Positions 38,011-47,853 of a DNA stretch of 64,000 nt are shown here, in pieces. The translations under genes were made by a program, and so were the position numbers. The stretch lies in assembly GCA_041651055.1 (NCBI GenBank), contig JBAZJW010000001.1:627521-691520 (forward strand), in the 5' to 3' direction. Source of the stretch: Minisyncoccota bacterium. Its GTDB lineage: Bacteria; Patescibacteriota; Minisyncoccia; Phycocordibacterales; UBA5272. The notes beneath the pieces are model-generated. The model made no database searches, was not told the origin of the DNA, and saw nothing but the letters and a program-made list of their open reading frames with translations. Position 1 is the first letter of the stretch; the number at the start of each line of letters is the position of its first letter.

Positions 38011-40305
38011 TTAAGACCGGAATATATCATCTGTACTCGTGTCATGAGTATCATTCGGAGAGGCTGCTTCTCCTTGTGGTTGTCCAGAAAGTATTTCACG
38101 ATATCTTTCACCGGGACGAGCTCCACCGATTACATTGTAATGTTCAAGGTCATTGATGATGCGCGCAGCCTTGTTGTATCCCCAACGGAATGCTGTCTGA
38201 AGTGATGATGTCGATGCTTTACCAGTAGAAATAACATAATCTTTCGCACTCATATAATCTTCGTCGTCTTCTGGTTCCTTTCCTACATTTCCTTCCACAC
38301 CAGATTCTCCACTATGCATGATGCCCACTTTTACTTTCGCGATATCGATAACATCAGGAATAAAATCAAGGTGAGCTTTCTTGATATGTGTCACAACGTC
38401 TTTGATTTCTTCTGGTGTGATGAATGGCGCCTGAATACGTACGAGGCGAGGGTTATCAGACGCCATGTACAGCATGTCTCCATTTCCAAGAAGATCTTCT
38501 GCACCAGATGCGTCGAGAATGGTACGCGAGTCGATCTGTGATGTCGTCTTAAGCGCGATACGAGATGGAATGTTTGCCTTAATCGTTCCCGTAATAACTT
38601 TTACATCTGGTCTCTGTGTCGCCAAGATAAGATGAATACCAGCGGCACGACCTTTCTGGGTGAGTGATGTAATCAGTGGAGAAATTTCCTTTGGATACGA
38701 AAGCATGAAGTCATTGTATTCGTCGAAGATAATGACGATGTATGGAAGTTTCGGAGGAAGTCCGATGAGCTCATCTCCGATCTTTCCTTTCTTTCGTGCT
38801 TTTTCAAGTGCAGGGGATAATATTTTTTTATTGTAATCACTCACGTTCACCTGACCATTTTCGGAAAGGATTTCATAACGTCTCTCCATTTCCTGAATCG
38901 CCCAGTTGAGCGCCTTGATAGCACCTTTCGGTTCTTTAATAATAGGAGTGTAAAGATGAGGAAGATTACTGTACACCGTGAATTCTACACGCTTTGGATC
39001 AAGTACGATAAGTTTAAGGTCATACGGTGAGTTCTTGTAGAGAAGTGACATTACAAGGTTATGCAGTGTGACAGACTTTCCAGCACGCGTCGCACCGGCA
39101 ACGAGAAGGTGAGGCATCTTTTCGAGGTCTCCGAATATTGGCTTACCGATAATACTTTTTCCGATAGCAAGAGCGAGTGGTCCTGCCTCTTTGAACTCAT
39201 CGAGCTCAAGCATTGAACGAAGTCCGAGCATAGACTTTCGTTCATTTGGGATTTCGATACCAACGAGTGTCTTGCCAGGAATCGGAGCTTCGATACGCAA
39301 AAATTCGCTACCAAGTTCCATAGCGAGGTTATCATGAAGGGCTACAACCTTTGAAAGGTTCACGCCTTGTGCAGGTTTGAGGGTAAATTGTGTTACCGTT
39401 GGTCCGACAGTCACTTCCCCCATCTCTACGTGGATACGGAAATGTTCAAGTGTACGCTGAATGGTTGTCATCTTCGCACGACTGTCTCCGGCACCGGATT
39501 TTCCACTGTCTACATTAAGGAGCTCAAGTGGTGGTGGTACGAATTCTGGTGTGAGTATCACAGGTTTCGCCTTTACTTCTTTATGAAGGGTAAATGTTCC
39601 TGCCTCTTCTTCATCAAGTGGTGCGAGCTCACCAAACAATTCTTTTCGTAAATCGTCCGGCGTCTCTTCGAGTGGTTCTGGAAGAATATCATCGTAAGGA
39701 ACATCTTCTGTCATTTCTTCTATAAGTTCTGGCTCGTCATCGAAACTTCGTTCTTTACGTGCAAGAAGAAGCGCTCGTATTTGTGTGAAAGGATACATGA
39801 GGAGAGCAAGGAAAGGTGACAGTGACGGCTTACGTTCAAGGATGACGATACCACCAATAGCCGCGATGCCTCCCAAGAGCGCGATGCTCGGATAGAGTGC
39901 GAAGTATTTTACCAAAGGTGCGGTCACGAGTACGCCGAGCAATCCTCCAAACGATGGTCCGAAAAAGATAGTGCCGAGTCCTGCGACACCGAGAATGAGA
40001 AAGAGTGTTCCCGCTACACCCATGAATCGTAAGTCAGGCACTTCTTCTTTCCATAAATAGTACGCGACGTAGAGACAGAGGAGTGGTGTGAGATAAGAGA
40101 ATACACCGATGATTGAATCAATACCAGAGAAAAGTATTTCACCACCCTCACCACCGGCATGTACCATGGAGAATATGAGGAGCGCTGCGATCATCACGAA
40201 GATGACAGCGAGTACGCCGAGAATGGTTTCGGTGAGCACAGGATCTTTCACGCGACGTCTGCGTGTATGAATTACTCTATCGGTTGATGTTTCTTCTTTT
40301 GCCAT
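38011..40305 (-). CDS. ftsK: DNA translocase FtsK/SpoIIIE
   Basis: N-terminal TM helices; HLLVAGATRAGKSVTLHNLVMSLL Walker A; C-terminal gamma-like winged-helix domain. Confidence 0.92.
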   Translation of the reverse strand: MAKEETSTDRVIHTRRRRVKDPVLTETILGVLAVIFVMIAALLIFSMVHAGGEGGEILFSGIDSIIGVFSYLTPLLCLYVAYYLWKEEVPDLRFMGVAGTLFLILGVAGLGTIFFGPSFGGLLGVLVTAPLVKYFALYPSIALLGGIAAIGGIVILERKPSLSPFLALLMYPFTQIRALLLARKERSFDDEPELIEEMTEDVPYDDILPEPLEETPDDLRKELFGELAPLDEEEAGTFTLHKEVKAKPVILTPEFVPPPLELLNVDSGKSGAGDSRAKMTTIQRTLEHFRIHVEMGEVTVGPTVTQFTLKPAQGVNLSKVVALHDNLAMELGSEFLRIEAPIPGKTLVGIEIPNERKSMLGLRSMLELDEFKEAGPLALAIGKSIIGKPIFGDLEKMPHLLVAGATRAGKSVTLHNLVMSLLYKNSPYDLKLIVLDPKRVEFTVYSNLPHLYTPIIKEPKGAIKALNWAIQEMERRYEILSENGQVNVSDYNKKILSPALEKARKKGKIGDELIGLPPKLPYIVIIFDEYNDFMLSYPKEISPLITSLTQKGRAAGIHLILATQRPDVKVITGTIKANIPSRIALKTTSQIDSRTILDASGAEDLLGNGDMLYMASDNPRLVRIQAPFITPEEIKDVVTHIKKAHLDFIPDVIDIAKVKVGIMHSGESGVEGNVGKEPEDDEDYMSAKDYVISTGKASTSSLQTAFRWGYNKAARIINDLEHYNVIGGARPGERYREILSGQPQGEAASPNDTHDTSTDDIFRS

Positions 40306-40562
40306 AACAAGTAAAGGGGATTATGGTGTAAAGTATAGCAAAAGAAGGATTCTAAGATAAGGTATAACTCTATCTGTTGCTTTGACAAAAGCTTCTTCTT
40401 TAATTCTGACCCCTAACTCTTTTACTTTTTTCTTTTTCAAGTAACCCCTAAAACCAAACGATGTATTTTCTTGCTAGAAAATCATCTCACGCTCGCGCCG
40501 CCGCGCTGTGCGAGTTGGTTTGTAGGGGTTACTTGAGGATAGTGAATACGGATACGCATCCC

Positions 40563-40710
40563 CATACTCCTCACCTAACCCTTTATATCAACTCTCGGAA
40601 GACGGCGGTCTGAGAGTGAACTGCTTTTTCAGCAGAAAAAGACAGTGTTTGATATAAAGGGTTGAGGTGAAAAAGAAAAAAGAAACCTTGAATTTTATTC
40701 AAATCTGACT
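40563..40710 (+). ncRNA. copy 2 of the ~130-170-nt multi-stem repeat; candidate structured RNA
   Basis: CATACTCCTCACCTAACCCTTTATATCAACTCTCGGAAGACGGCGGTCTGAGAGTGAACTGCTTTTTCAGCAGAAAAAGACAGTGTTTGATATAAAGGGTTGAGGTGA: same outer sequence as 33741-33872, with the internal hairpin changed in a compensatory way. Confidence 0.5.
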
Positions 40711-40912
40711 TTAGGGGATAGCTAATAATTGTGGTTAATAAAGACACTAATTTTTCTATTAGACAAGTCTTTACATCAGAGATAAAAGGCATAGAATGGA
40801 CACCATATAGACGGGCGTGCATGAAGTTGTGGACAAGGACAATAGTGTGATGAGACACAAGAGACATCAAGAACAACAACGGTGACTATATAAAAGACAA
40901 ACAAAAGACAAA

Positions 40913-41785
40913 ATGCAAGAAGAAAATAAAAAAGAATACGGAACGCTCGTAGCAAAGAAGTCCGAAAGACTTGTAACTGCACTCTATTTGGTGACCGATT
41001 TGATGTCTGATAATGACCCCATTAAACATGGCCTACGAAAGAATTCTGTTGCACTTTTGTCCTCGATGAACTCCCTTGCGCAGCTTGATGTAAAAGACAG
41101 GGTAATAGAAATGAAAATGTCTTTGAGGGCTGTGACCGAGATCATCTCTCTTTTACATGTCGCAGTGACGACAGGAATTGTCTCAGAAATGAATGGTGGG
41201 ATCTTAATGGAAGGTTTCCGTGCCCTGCAACTTGTCCTTGAAAAGAAGCAGCCGATTATCACAAAAGAAATGCTTACTGTCGAGCATGAAGACGCACTCG
41301 GAACTGATGCGTCTTTTTCATCCGCGATCACATCAAGTTCATACGATGTTATGACACCACTTTCACTCGCACGTCTCCACGATAATGATCGCGATTTGAG
41401 ACTCACCCAAGAGTCACTCAAGCAGTCGCACCTCCTCGCCAAGTTAGGTGCGCGTGAAAGTAAAGGACAACATAACACGGTGGATTTGTCCGACACAATA
41501 GGAGACAAACAAAAGGACATCACTTCTGTACGTTCGTCCTTGATAGAACATACGACTCGCCCAGCCTCAAATCTCGCCTCATCATTCCAAGTCCGAAAAC
41601 AGTCCAGACGTGAGCAAATATTAGCACTTTTCGTAAAGGGCGTAGATGTCAGTATAAAGGACATCGCTGCTCGTATTCGTGGTTGTAGTGAGAAGACTAT
41701 ACAGCGTGAACTGAACGCTCTCCTGTATGACAACATGATAGAGCGCATAGGGGAGAAAAGATGGAGTAGATATGTTCTACGATAG
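40913..41785 (+). CDS. hypothetical protein with C-terminal DeoR-like winged-helix HTH
   Basis: C-terminus REQILALFVKGVDVSIKDIAARIRGCSEKTIQRELNALLYDNMIERIGEKRWSRYVL. Confidence 0.5.
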   Translation: MQEENKKEYGTLVAKKSERLVTALYLVTDLMSDNDPIKHGLRKNSVALLSSMNSLAQLDVKDRVIEMKMSLRAVTEIISLLHVAVTTGIVSEMNGGILMEGFRALQLVLEKKQPIITKEMLTVEHEDALGTDASFSSAITSSSYDVMTPLSLARLHDNDRDLRLTQESLKQSHLLAKLGARESKGQHNTVDLSDTIGDKQKDITSVRSSLIEHTTRPASNLASSFQVRKQSRREQILALFVKGVDVSIKDIAARIRGCSEKTIQRELNALLYDNMIERIGEKRWSRYVLR

Positions 41786-42309
41786 TTTGCAGTTGAGAGC
41801 TATAAGCTTACAGGAAAGAAGAGGAAAGAGGACTTGAAACTTAGAGTTTCGGGTCCTATTTCTGTAAGCTGTAAGCTGCTGACTGTGAGCTGGTTTTCAT
41901 TGACTTTTCTTCCAATTTATGCAATACTTACCCCTAGTACAGTAATGTACTTCAAGCAGTATTTATCCACATATTGATGCAGTGAATAATTGCATTTATA
42001 TGGGGAATCACTATACTGTTTGTAGACGTCTCTGTTTGAGAGCGTCCTCTGGTATTTGAGATACAATTTATAAGGTATCTTGAAGACAGGTTAAGATCGT
42101 TGACAACAGAATAGTGACGCAGATTAAATATCTGAAATGACAAGCGAAAGTTTGTTATCTCACATGTTGTTTTTCGAATCGCCATTCGGTCGTCAATTGA
42201 TCGTCTGTCATTAAAAGCATTGCGTTTAGTTATGTCGAAACTAAATAAACGCCATGCGATGAAGTGCATTAATAAGCACATCATTTAAAATCTTATAAAC
42301 ATAAAGTTT

Positions 42310-45300
42310 ATGCGTAATTTCTCAATGAAGGCTGCTACATCAGTAGCTGTCCTCGGAGGTATCGTAGTTAGTGCAGTTTCTGCATCAGCTGCTCTCAACC
42401 TTCCAACACAGAGCTGTTCATATTCGTTCAACACGAATATGAAGCTTGGCTCACGTGGCACAAGTGTTATGGATCTTCAAAAGGTTCTTAACATGTACCC
42501 ACAAACACAGGTATCTGCATCAGGTGCTGGATCTCCAGGAATGGAATCTTCATACTTCGGTGCTGCTACTCGTACAGCTGTTAACAAGTTTCAGGCTCTA
42601 CACCTTGTAGAACTTGGAATCTCAGCTCCTACAGGTAACGTGTTCGCAGGAACACGTGGTCTTCTAAATCAGGTTTGTGGTGGTTCAACAGGTAGTGTTT
42701 CAACACTTCCAGCTGGATGTACATCAACAGCAGGATTTAGTCCTGTAACAGGTGCATCATGTGCAACTGGTACAGTTACAAACCCAGGTACAGTAGTATC
42801 TGGTCCAGTTTCAGCAATGCTTGCAGGCTCACAGCCAACAGGTATGATCGTTTCTGGTCAGTCAGGTGCTCGTCTAGCAGACATCACATTCACTGGAAAC
42901 GGAACAGTTACATCTGTTCAGCTACAGCGTACTGGTGTTTCAGCAGACACAACAATTAACAATGTCTACCTATACGAAGGAAATACTCGAATCACTGATT
43001 CAGCTTCTGTAGTAACAGGTGGTTACATCAACTTCAACGCTTCTAATGGTCTCTTCACTGTTAATGGCTCACGTACAATCACTGTACGCGCTGACATTGC
43101 ATCAAGTATCACTGGACAGTCAGTTGGTGTAAAGCTTAACAGTGTAACTGCAGGTGGTTCCGTATCTACATTCACAAATGTAAACGGTAATCAGCTAACA
43201 GTTGCTTCTGTTGATACATCTCATGTTAACTTTGCAGCTCTTACACAGTCTGCACTTACTCCAGCAGCTGGAACTTCAAACTACATCGTTTGGTCAGGCT
43301 CAGCTTCAGTAAGTACACGTAGTGTTAACTTCAAGGCAGCAACATTCAAGTTCGTTGGTTCAGCTCCAGTTGACGCTATCCAGAATCTTAACCTCTTCGT
43401 AGATGGTTCTAAGGTTTCAGGTCCAGTGGCAATCAACGCTGCAAACAACAACAAGGTGACGTTTGACCTAGGAGCTACTCCTTACCTTCTAACAACAGGA
43501 ACACACACAATCGAAGTTCGTGGTGATATCGTAAAAGGATCATTCCGTACAGCGACTTTCTCAGTTGAGAATGTGTCAGACCTTATGTTCGAAGATTCAA
43601 ACCTAGCTGGTGTTAACGTTTCAGCTACAATCCCTAACTCAAGTACAGCGTTCACACAGAGTGCTGCTACTTATGGAACAATTACTGTACAGAAAGGTTC
43701 TGTAACAGTAAACGTTGACCCAGCTTTCACTGCATCAAAGGTGACAGGTGGAGCAACTAACGTTCCAGTAGGACAGTTCACAATGAAGGCATACGGTGAA
43801 GATGTTAAGGTTTCAACACTCCGTGTTGCTATCGCTACATCATCAAATGCATCATTGACTACGTTCAACAACGTATCATTGTATGCAAACGGTGGCCAGA
43901 TTGGAACTTCACAGAACTTCACAGTGGCTGCTCGTCAGTCACCTGGATACCTTACATTCACTCTAGGTTCATCACTTATTATCCCAGCTGGTACAACTGT
44001 AACTCTTACAGTTAAAGCTGATATCGTAGACAGCTCATCTGCTGCATACACATCAGGTACAATGACTGCGACAATCAGTGGTCCTACAGGAAATGCACAG
44101 GGACAGAGTTCATACGAAGCTGTTGACGTTGCAACAGGTGGTGTTGCCGGTAACGTTCTTACTATCTCATCAGGTGTAGGAACATTCGGACGCACATCAG
44201 GATTCACAGCAGTAACTGTGGCTCCTAACACATCAGCTGCAGTGAAGATTGCATCATTCACACTACAGGCAAACTCAGCGGAAGCTGTACGTGTCTCAAG
44301 TGTAAGTATCAATCCAACTATTGCTAACGGTGATATCACTAACTATAGTAATTTCACTCTAAAGAATGGTTCAACAAACCTTGCTAATCCAATCGGAAAC
44401 CCAGCAGCAGGAACATCAACATTCTCACTTCTTAATGACATTACAATTCCAGCAAGTGGAACAATGACATTCGATGTGTACGCTAATGTTGGTGGAGACG
44501 TTAATGCAACAATTACAACAGATATGGCCGTAACAAGTCGTGGCGTTGTAAGTAACACATCAACAGTTTCATCAGCTGCAGGAACAGGGGCAACAGTTAC
44601 ATCAGCACTTTCTACTCTTGCTGCTTCAACACTAACGTCATCATCACCAGTAGCACAGTATGTGGTTGGTGGTTCAACATTCGGTGTTGCAACATACAAG
44701 ATCAAGACAGCTGTTGCTGGAACAGTAGCAAATGTTACTGATCTTAGTTTCGGAACTACAGGAGCAGATGCTATCCAGAGCATCACTGTAACTTGGGCGG
44801 GAGGAACATCAGTATCTACACCAGTCGCTGGTTCTGGCGATACTGCTACTACAACCGTTTCAGGTCTTAGTATCCCAGTTACATCAAACGGTACAGACGT
44901 AACTGTTGTTGCTAAGTTCTCAGGATTCCAGAATACCGTTGCCGCAGGTAATCTTTCTGCAAGTATTGCCACAGTTAAGGTTACTCTAAGTAACGTTAAG
45001 GCAACTGCTGGAACAGGGTCACCTATCGAAGACGCTACTCAGGTTCCTTCAAACACAATGTCACTTGTTTCTTCAAAGCCTATCGTAGAAATGAGTGCTG
45101 GTAACACAGATACACTCGTTCTTGGTTCTGAAAACAAGGTTGGTGAATTCAAAGTAACTGCAGATCTAAATGGAAGTATCTCTGTCTCAACGACATCACT
45201 TTCAGTTTCAACTGTAGGTATCACAAACCCAGAATTCACTGCATATCGTATTGCTGATGGAAACACAACAATCACGAGCGGTGTGTACGTATCTGCATCT

Positions 45301-45537
45301 TCAACGCCAGTGTTTACATTCACTCCAGCGTATGAAATTGCAGCCGGACAGACAAAGACATTCTCAGTGTATGCAAACGTTGCTGGTGCAGCACAGGCAA
45401 GTATCACACCATATGTGACATCTCGTCTTACATCAGCTTCATCATTCACTTGGAAGGATGTTAACGGTGGTAGTTCAACTCAGACTGGAGCTGCTATCTA
45501 TAACTTCCCAACATCAAGCTTCTCAACAAAGCGATAA
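42310..45537 (+). CDS. giant secreted surface protein: N-terminal PG-binding-like domain plus many Thr/Val/Ser-rich Ig-like repeats; C-terminal domains homologous to the N-terminal region of the 688-4263 protein
   Basis: Signal peptide MRNFSMKAATSVAVLGGIVVSAVSASAA; SCSYSFNTNMKLGSRGTSVMDLQKVLN...YFGAATRTAVNKFQALHLV...VCGG domain. ...SPVAQYVVGGSTFGVATYKIKTAVAG...GADAIQSITV...PVTSNGTDVTVVAKFSGFQNT aligns to 688-ORF residues ~120-230. Confidence 0.8.
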   Translation: MRNFSMKAATSVAVLGGIVVSAVSASAALNLPTQSCSYSFNTNMKLGSRGTSVMDLQKVLNMYPQTQVSASGAGSPGMESSYFGAATRTAVNKFQALHLVELGISAPTGNVFAGTRGLLNQVCGGSTGSVSTLPAGCTSTAGFSPVTGASCATGTVTNPGTVVSGPVSAMLAGSQPTGMIVSGQSGARLADITFTGNGTVTSVQLQRTGVSADTTINNVYLYEGNTRITDSASVVTGGYINFNASNGLFTVNGSRTITVRADIASSITGQSVGVKLNSVTAGGSVSTFTNVNGNQLTVASVDTSHVNFAALTQSALTPAAGTSNYIVWSGSASVSTRSVNFKAATFKFVGSAPVDAIQNLNLFVDGSKVSGPVAINAANNNKVTFDLGATPYLLTTGTHTIEVRGDIVKGSFRTATFSVENVSDLMFEDSNLAGVNVSATIPNSSTAFTQSAATYGTITVQKGSVTVNVDPAFTASKVTGGATNVPVGQFTMKAYGEDVKVSTLRVAIATSSNASLTTFNNVSLYANGGQIGTSQNFTVAARQSPGYLTFTLGSSLIIPAGTTVTLTVKADIVDSSSAAYTSGTMTATISGPTGNAQGQSSYEAVDVATGGVAGNVLTISSGVGTFGRTSGFTAVTVAPNTSAAVKIASFTLQANSAEAVRVSSVSINPTIANGDITNYSNFTLKNGSTNLANPIGNPAAGTSTFSLLNDITIPASGTMTFDVYANVGGDVNATITTDMAVTSRGVVSNTSTVSSAAGTGATVTSALSTLAASTLTSSSPVAQYVVGGSTFGVATYKIKTAVAGTVANVTDLSFGTTGADAIQSITVTWAGGTSVSTPVAGSGDTATTTVSGLSIPVTSNGTDVTVVAKFSGFQNTVAAGNLSASIATVKVTLSNVKATAGTGSPIEDATQVPSNTMSLVSSKPIVEMSAGNTDTLVLGSENKVGEFKVTADLNGSISVSTTSLSVSTVGITNPEFTAYRIADGNTTITSGVYVSASSTPVFTFTPAYEIAAGQTKTFSVYANVAGAAQASITPYVTSRLTSASSFTWKDVNGGSSTQTGAAIYNFPTSSFSTKR

Positions 45538-45624
45538 TCTGCGCCACGAAATTCTGTCTATCAGACACGAGAACGTAAGTTCACATGCATGATAAAACAA
45601 GTTTCTAACGCAAGTTAGATGAAG

Positions 45625-45658
45625 CAAAACCGCCCCGAAAGGGGCGGTTTTGTTATTT
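45625..45658 (+). terminator. rho-independent terminator
   Basis: AAAACCGCCCC-GAAA-GGGGCGGTTTTGTTATTT. Confidence 0.75.
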
Positions 45659-45759
45659 CCGACCATTTACATAGGGCCACCCTATGTAAATTACAAAATG
45701 CTTGTTTTGTAAGGGGGTAAAGGCGTTGTCAGATTCGTTTTTCTACAGCCTATCGGCTG

Positions 45760-45788
45760 TGGACTCTCGACTATTTTTGTGGTAGTAT
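45760..45788 (+). promoter_or_regulatory. putative promoter TGGACT-17-TAGTAT with TG extension (TGgTAGTAT) for rplJL; ~230-nt leader follows
   Basis: Spacer ctcgactatttttgtgg is 17 nt; same extended -10 as tuf and rRNA. Confidence 0.45.
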
Positions 45789-46016
45789 TGCTCCATAAGC
45801 CAAAGAAGTGGGTGGGAATAGTTTCAGGGTTCAAGGTGTTAGTTTCCAGAAAATGCTTATTGTATTTACTGAAAACTAAAAACTGAAGACTAAAAACTGC
45901 CCCATAATTCCTGCGGAGGTTCACAGTCAGTAATGACTGTCTACTCTAATTTGCGTTTATCTCCCTCATGCGCAAGCGTACAAGGGTGTTCATTACTCAT
46001 TAATCGATACAGTTCT

Positions 46017-46505
46017 ATGGCACTACAAAAAGCTAAAAAAGCAGAACTTATCGATAGCTATACAGATGCTCTTAAAGCTTCTAAATCAGCTGTGTACGTG
46101 AAGTTCAGAGGCCTTCCTGTAAAGGAGACTATGGAACTCCGCGACGCACTTTTCACAGAAAATATTCACTACACAGTAGTGAAGAAAACTCTTTGGACAC
46201 GTGCAACAGAAGCTGTTGGAATCAAAGGGGAAGCGCCTGTTGTAGGCGAAGAACTTGCTGTTGTTTGGGGAGATGATCTCCTTTCACCTGCACGTCTTTC
46301 GTATGAATTCGGAAAGACCCACAAGGATACTTTCGGAATTCTAGGTGGAATTTTCGATGGAGAATACAAGGATGCGAAAGCTATGATGGCGATTGCAACT
46401 ATTCCTCCACGTGAAGTTCTTCTTTCACAACTTGCATATCTTCTTAAGTCTCCAATGCAAAGACTAGCTATCGGTATTAACGCGGTTGCGACAAAGAAGG
46501 GGTAA
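46017..46505 (+). CDS. rplJ: 50S ribosomal protein L10
   Basis: MALQKAKKAELIDSYTDALKASKSAVYVKFRGLPVKETMELR...; start at ATG 46017. Confidence 0.9.
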   Translation: MALQKAKKAELIDSYTDALKASKSAVYVKFRGLPVKETMELRDALFTENIHYTVVKKTLWTRATEAVGIKGEAPVVGEELAVVWGDDLLSPARLSYEFGKTHKDTFGILGGIFDGEYKDAKAMMAIATIPPREVLLSQLAYLLKSPMQRLAIGINAVATKKG

Positions 46506-46585
46506 TAATTTTTAATTTGTAATTTCTAGTTTTTAATTAGAAATTCATTAAAAATTTAAAATTAAAAATTTAAAATTAACACAAT

Positions 46586-46948
46586 ATGGAAAAATTCAAA
46601 GATTTGCTAGACAAAATCGAAGGCATGTCAGTTCTCGATCTTAACGAACTCGTTAAGGCTATCGAAGAAAAGTTCGGCGTTTCTGCAGCAGCAGTTTCAG
46701 CAGCACCAGCAGCTGGAGCAGCAGTTGAAGAAGGAAAGGATGCGTACACTGTTCACCTAGCATCAGCTGGAGAGCAGAAGATCGCTGTTATGAAGGTAGT
46801 TAAGGAAGTTCTAGCACTTGGACTCAAGGAAGCTAAGGACCTCGTTGACGGAGCACCTGTTGACCTTAAGGCTAATGTTAAGAAGGCAGAAGCTGAAGAG
46901 TTCAAGAAGAAACTTGAGGAAGCCGGAGCAAAAGTAGAATTGAAGTAA
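46586..46948 (+). CDS. rplL: 50S ribosomal protein L7/L12
   Basis: N-terminal dimerisation helix, Ala-rich hinge ([16 protein letters not shown]), C-terminal [22 protein letters not shown]...[21 protein letters not shown]. Confidence 0.95.
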   Translation: MEKFKDLLDKIEGMSVLDLNELVKAIEEKFGVSAAAVSAAPAAGAAVEEGKDAYTVHLASAGEQKIAVMKVVKEVLALGLKEAKDLVDGAPVDLKANVKKAEAEEFKKKLEEAGAKVELK

Positions 46949-46965
46949 TACAATACTTGATTCAA

Positions 46966-46998
46966 AACAAAAACCATCCGAAAGGGTGGTTTTTGTTT
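46966..46998 (+). terminator. rho-independent terminator
   Basis: AAAACCATCC-GAAA-GGGTGGTTTTTGTTTTG. Confidence 0.75.
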
Positions 46999-47118
46999 TG
47001 TTCTGAACTATCAACGAAGAACGACTAACGAATAACGATTTGCACCCCATCATTTCGTCACGTTTTTGCTATAAGCACAAGTGTTGCAATCCCTTTTTTC
47101 TTGCTAAAATAGGGACAT

Positions 47119-47748
47119 ATGGAACTCCTGATACGATTGCTCGGTGGCCCTGAGAGGGTAAAGATAATGAGATTCTTTCTTCATCATGAAGATATGATTG
47201 TTCCTCTTTCGGATGTTTCAGAAAAGACAAAATCAAAAAGTGCACTCGCACGAAAAGAATTAACCGCACTCTGTGCCATTGGCTTCTTGGAAAAGAAACG
47301 TACACGCACGGTCATCAATTCTTCCACAGGAAAGAAAGCTTCTTCAAAAGTAAAAGAAGTTATTGGTTTCAAATTAAATCAAGAGTTCCCACACAATGAA
47401 GCGTTGCGTGCACTTCTTTTTGATTTTCAGTTGCTCGACAAACGTGAGCTCGCTGCTCGTTTCAAACCGATTGGACGTATCAAGATATTTCTTGTTTCCG
47501 GTGTGTTTACTGGTCATGAAAAAACCCGTGTTGATATTCTTATTGTCGGTGAAGCGATTAAACGACCAAAGGCGGAGAAGCTTTTTGAGGTTCTTTCTGC
47601 AGAGCTCGGCCGTGAGGTGACGTATTCCATTATGGATGTTGAAGAATATGAATATCGCTACAAGATGTATGACAAGTTTGTGCGGGATATTATCGACGGT
47701 CCACATGAGACGGTTATTGATAAACTGAAAGAGAGATTGACAGCGTAG
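47119..47748 (+). CDS. hypothetical protein; possible N-terminal winged-helix and degenerate nucleotidyltransferase-like segment
   Basis: 209 aa; ERVKIMRFFLHHEDMIVPLSDVSEK...LTALCAIGFLEKK looks wHTH-like; KIFLVSGVFTGHEKTRVDILIV weakly resembles the minimal NTase fold hGS..G...D.D (second acidic residue missing). Confidence 0.4.
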   Translation: MELLIRLLGGPERVKIMRFFLHHEDMIVPLSDVSEKTKSKSALARKELTALCAIGFLEKKRTRTVINSSTGKKASSKVKEVIGFKLNQEFPHNEALRALLFDFQLLDKRELAARFKPIGRIKIFLVSGVFTGHEKTRVDILIVGEAIKRPKAEKLFEVLSAELGREVTYSIMDVEEYEYRYKMYDKFVRDIIDGPHETVIDKLKERLTA

Positions 47749-47787
47749 AGGCTAGATTTTAGGTGTTGGATTTTAGACTTTAGATAC

Positions 47788-47822
47788 ACAAAGAGCGGCG
47801 CCTATGGCGCCGCTCTTTGTGT
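47788..47822 (+). terminator. rho-independent terminator
   Basis: AAAGAGCGGCGCC-TATG-GCGCCGCTCTTTGTG. Confidence 0.7.
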
Positions 47823-47853
47823 TGGTATTGCATTAACTCACAACCCCTAACTG

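Noticed and set aside
41952-42284. 110-aa minus-strand ORF in the AT-rich leader upstream of 42310
   Set aside because: It has low-complexity, Ile/Asn-rich composition with no RBS or start context, and sits in a region better explained as a 5'UTR/promoter.
43671-45449. Long minus-strand ORFs (43671-43922, 43935-44339, 44343-44972, 45039-45449) inside the 42310-45537 gene
   Set aside because: These are mirror-frame artefacts of a Thr/Val/Ser/Ala-rich coding region. The plus-strand gene has a signal peptide and recognisable domains.
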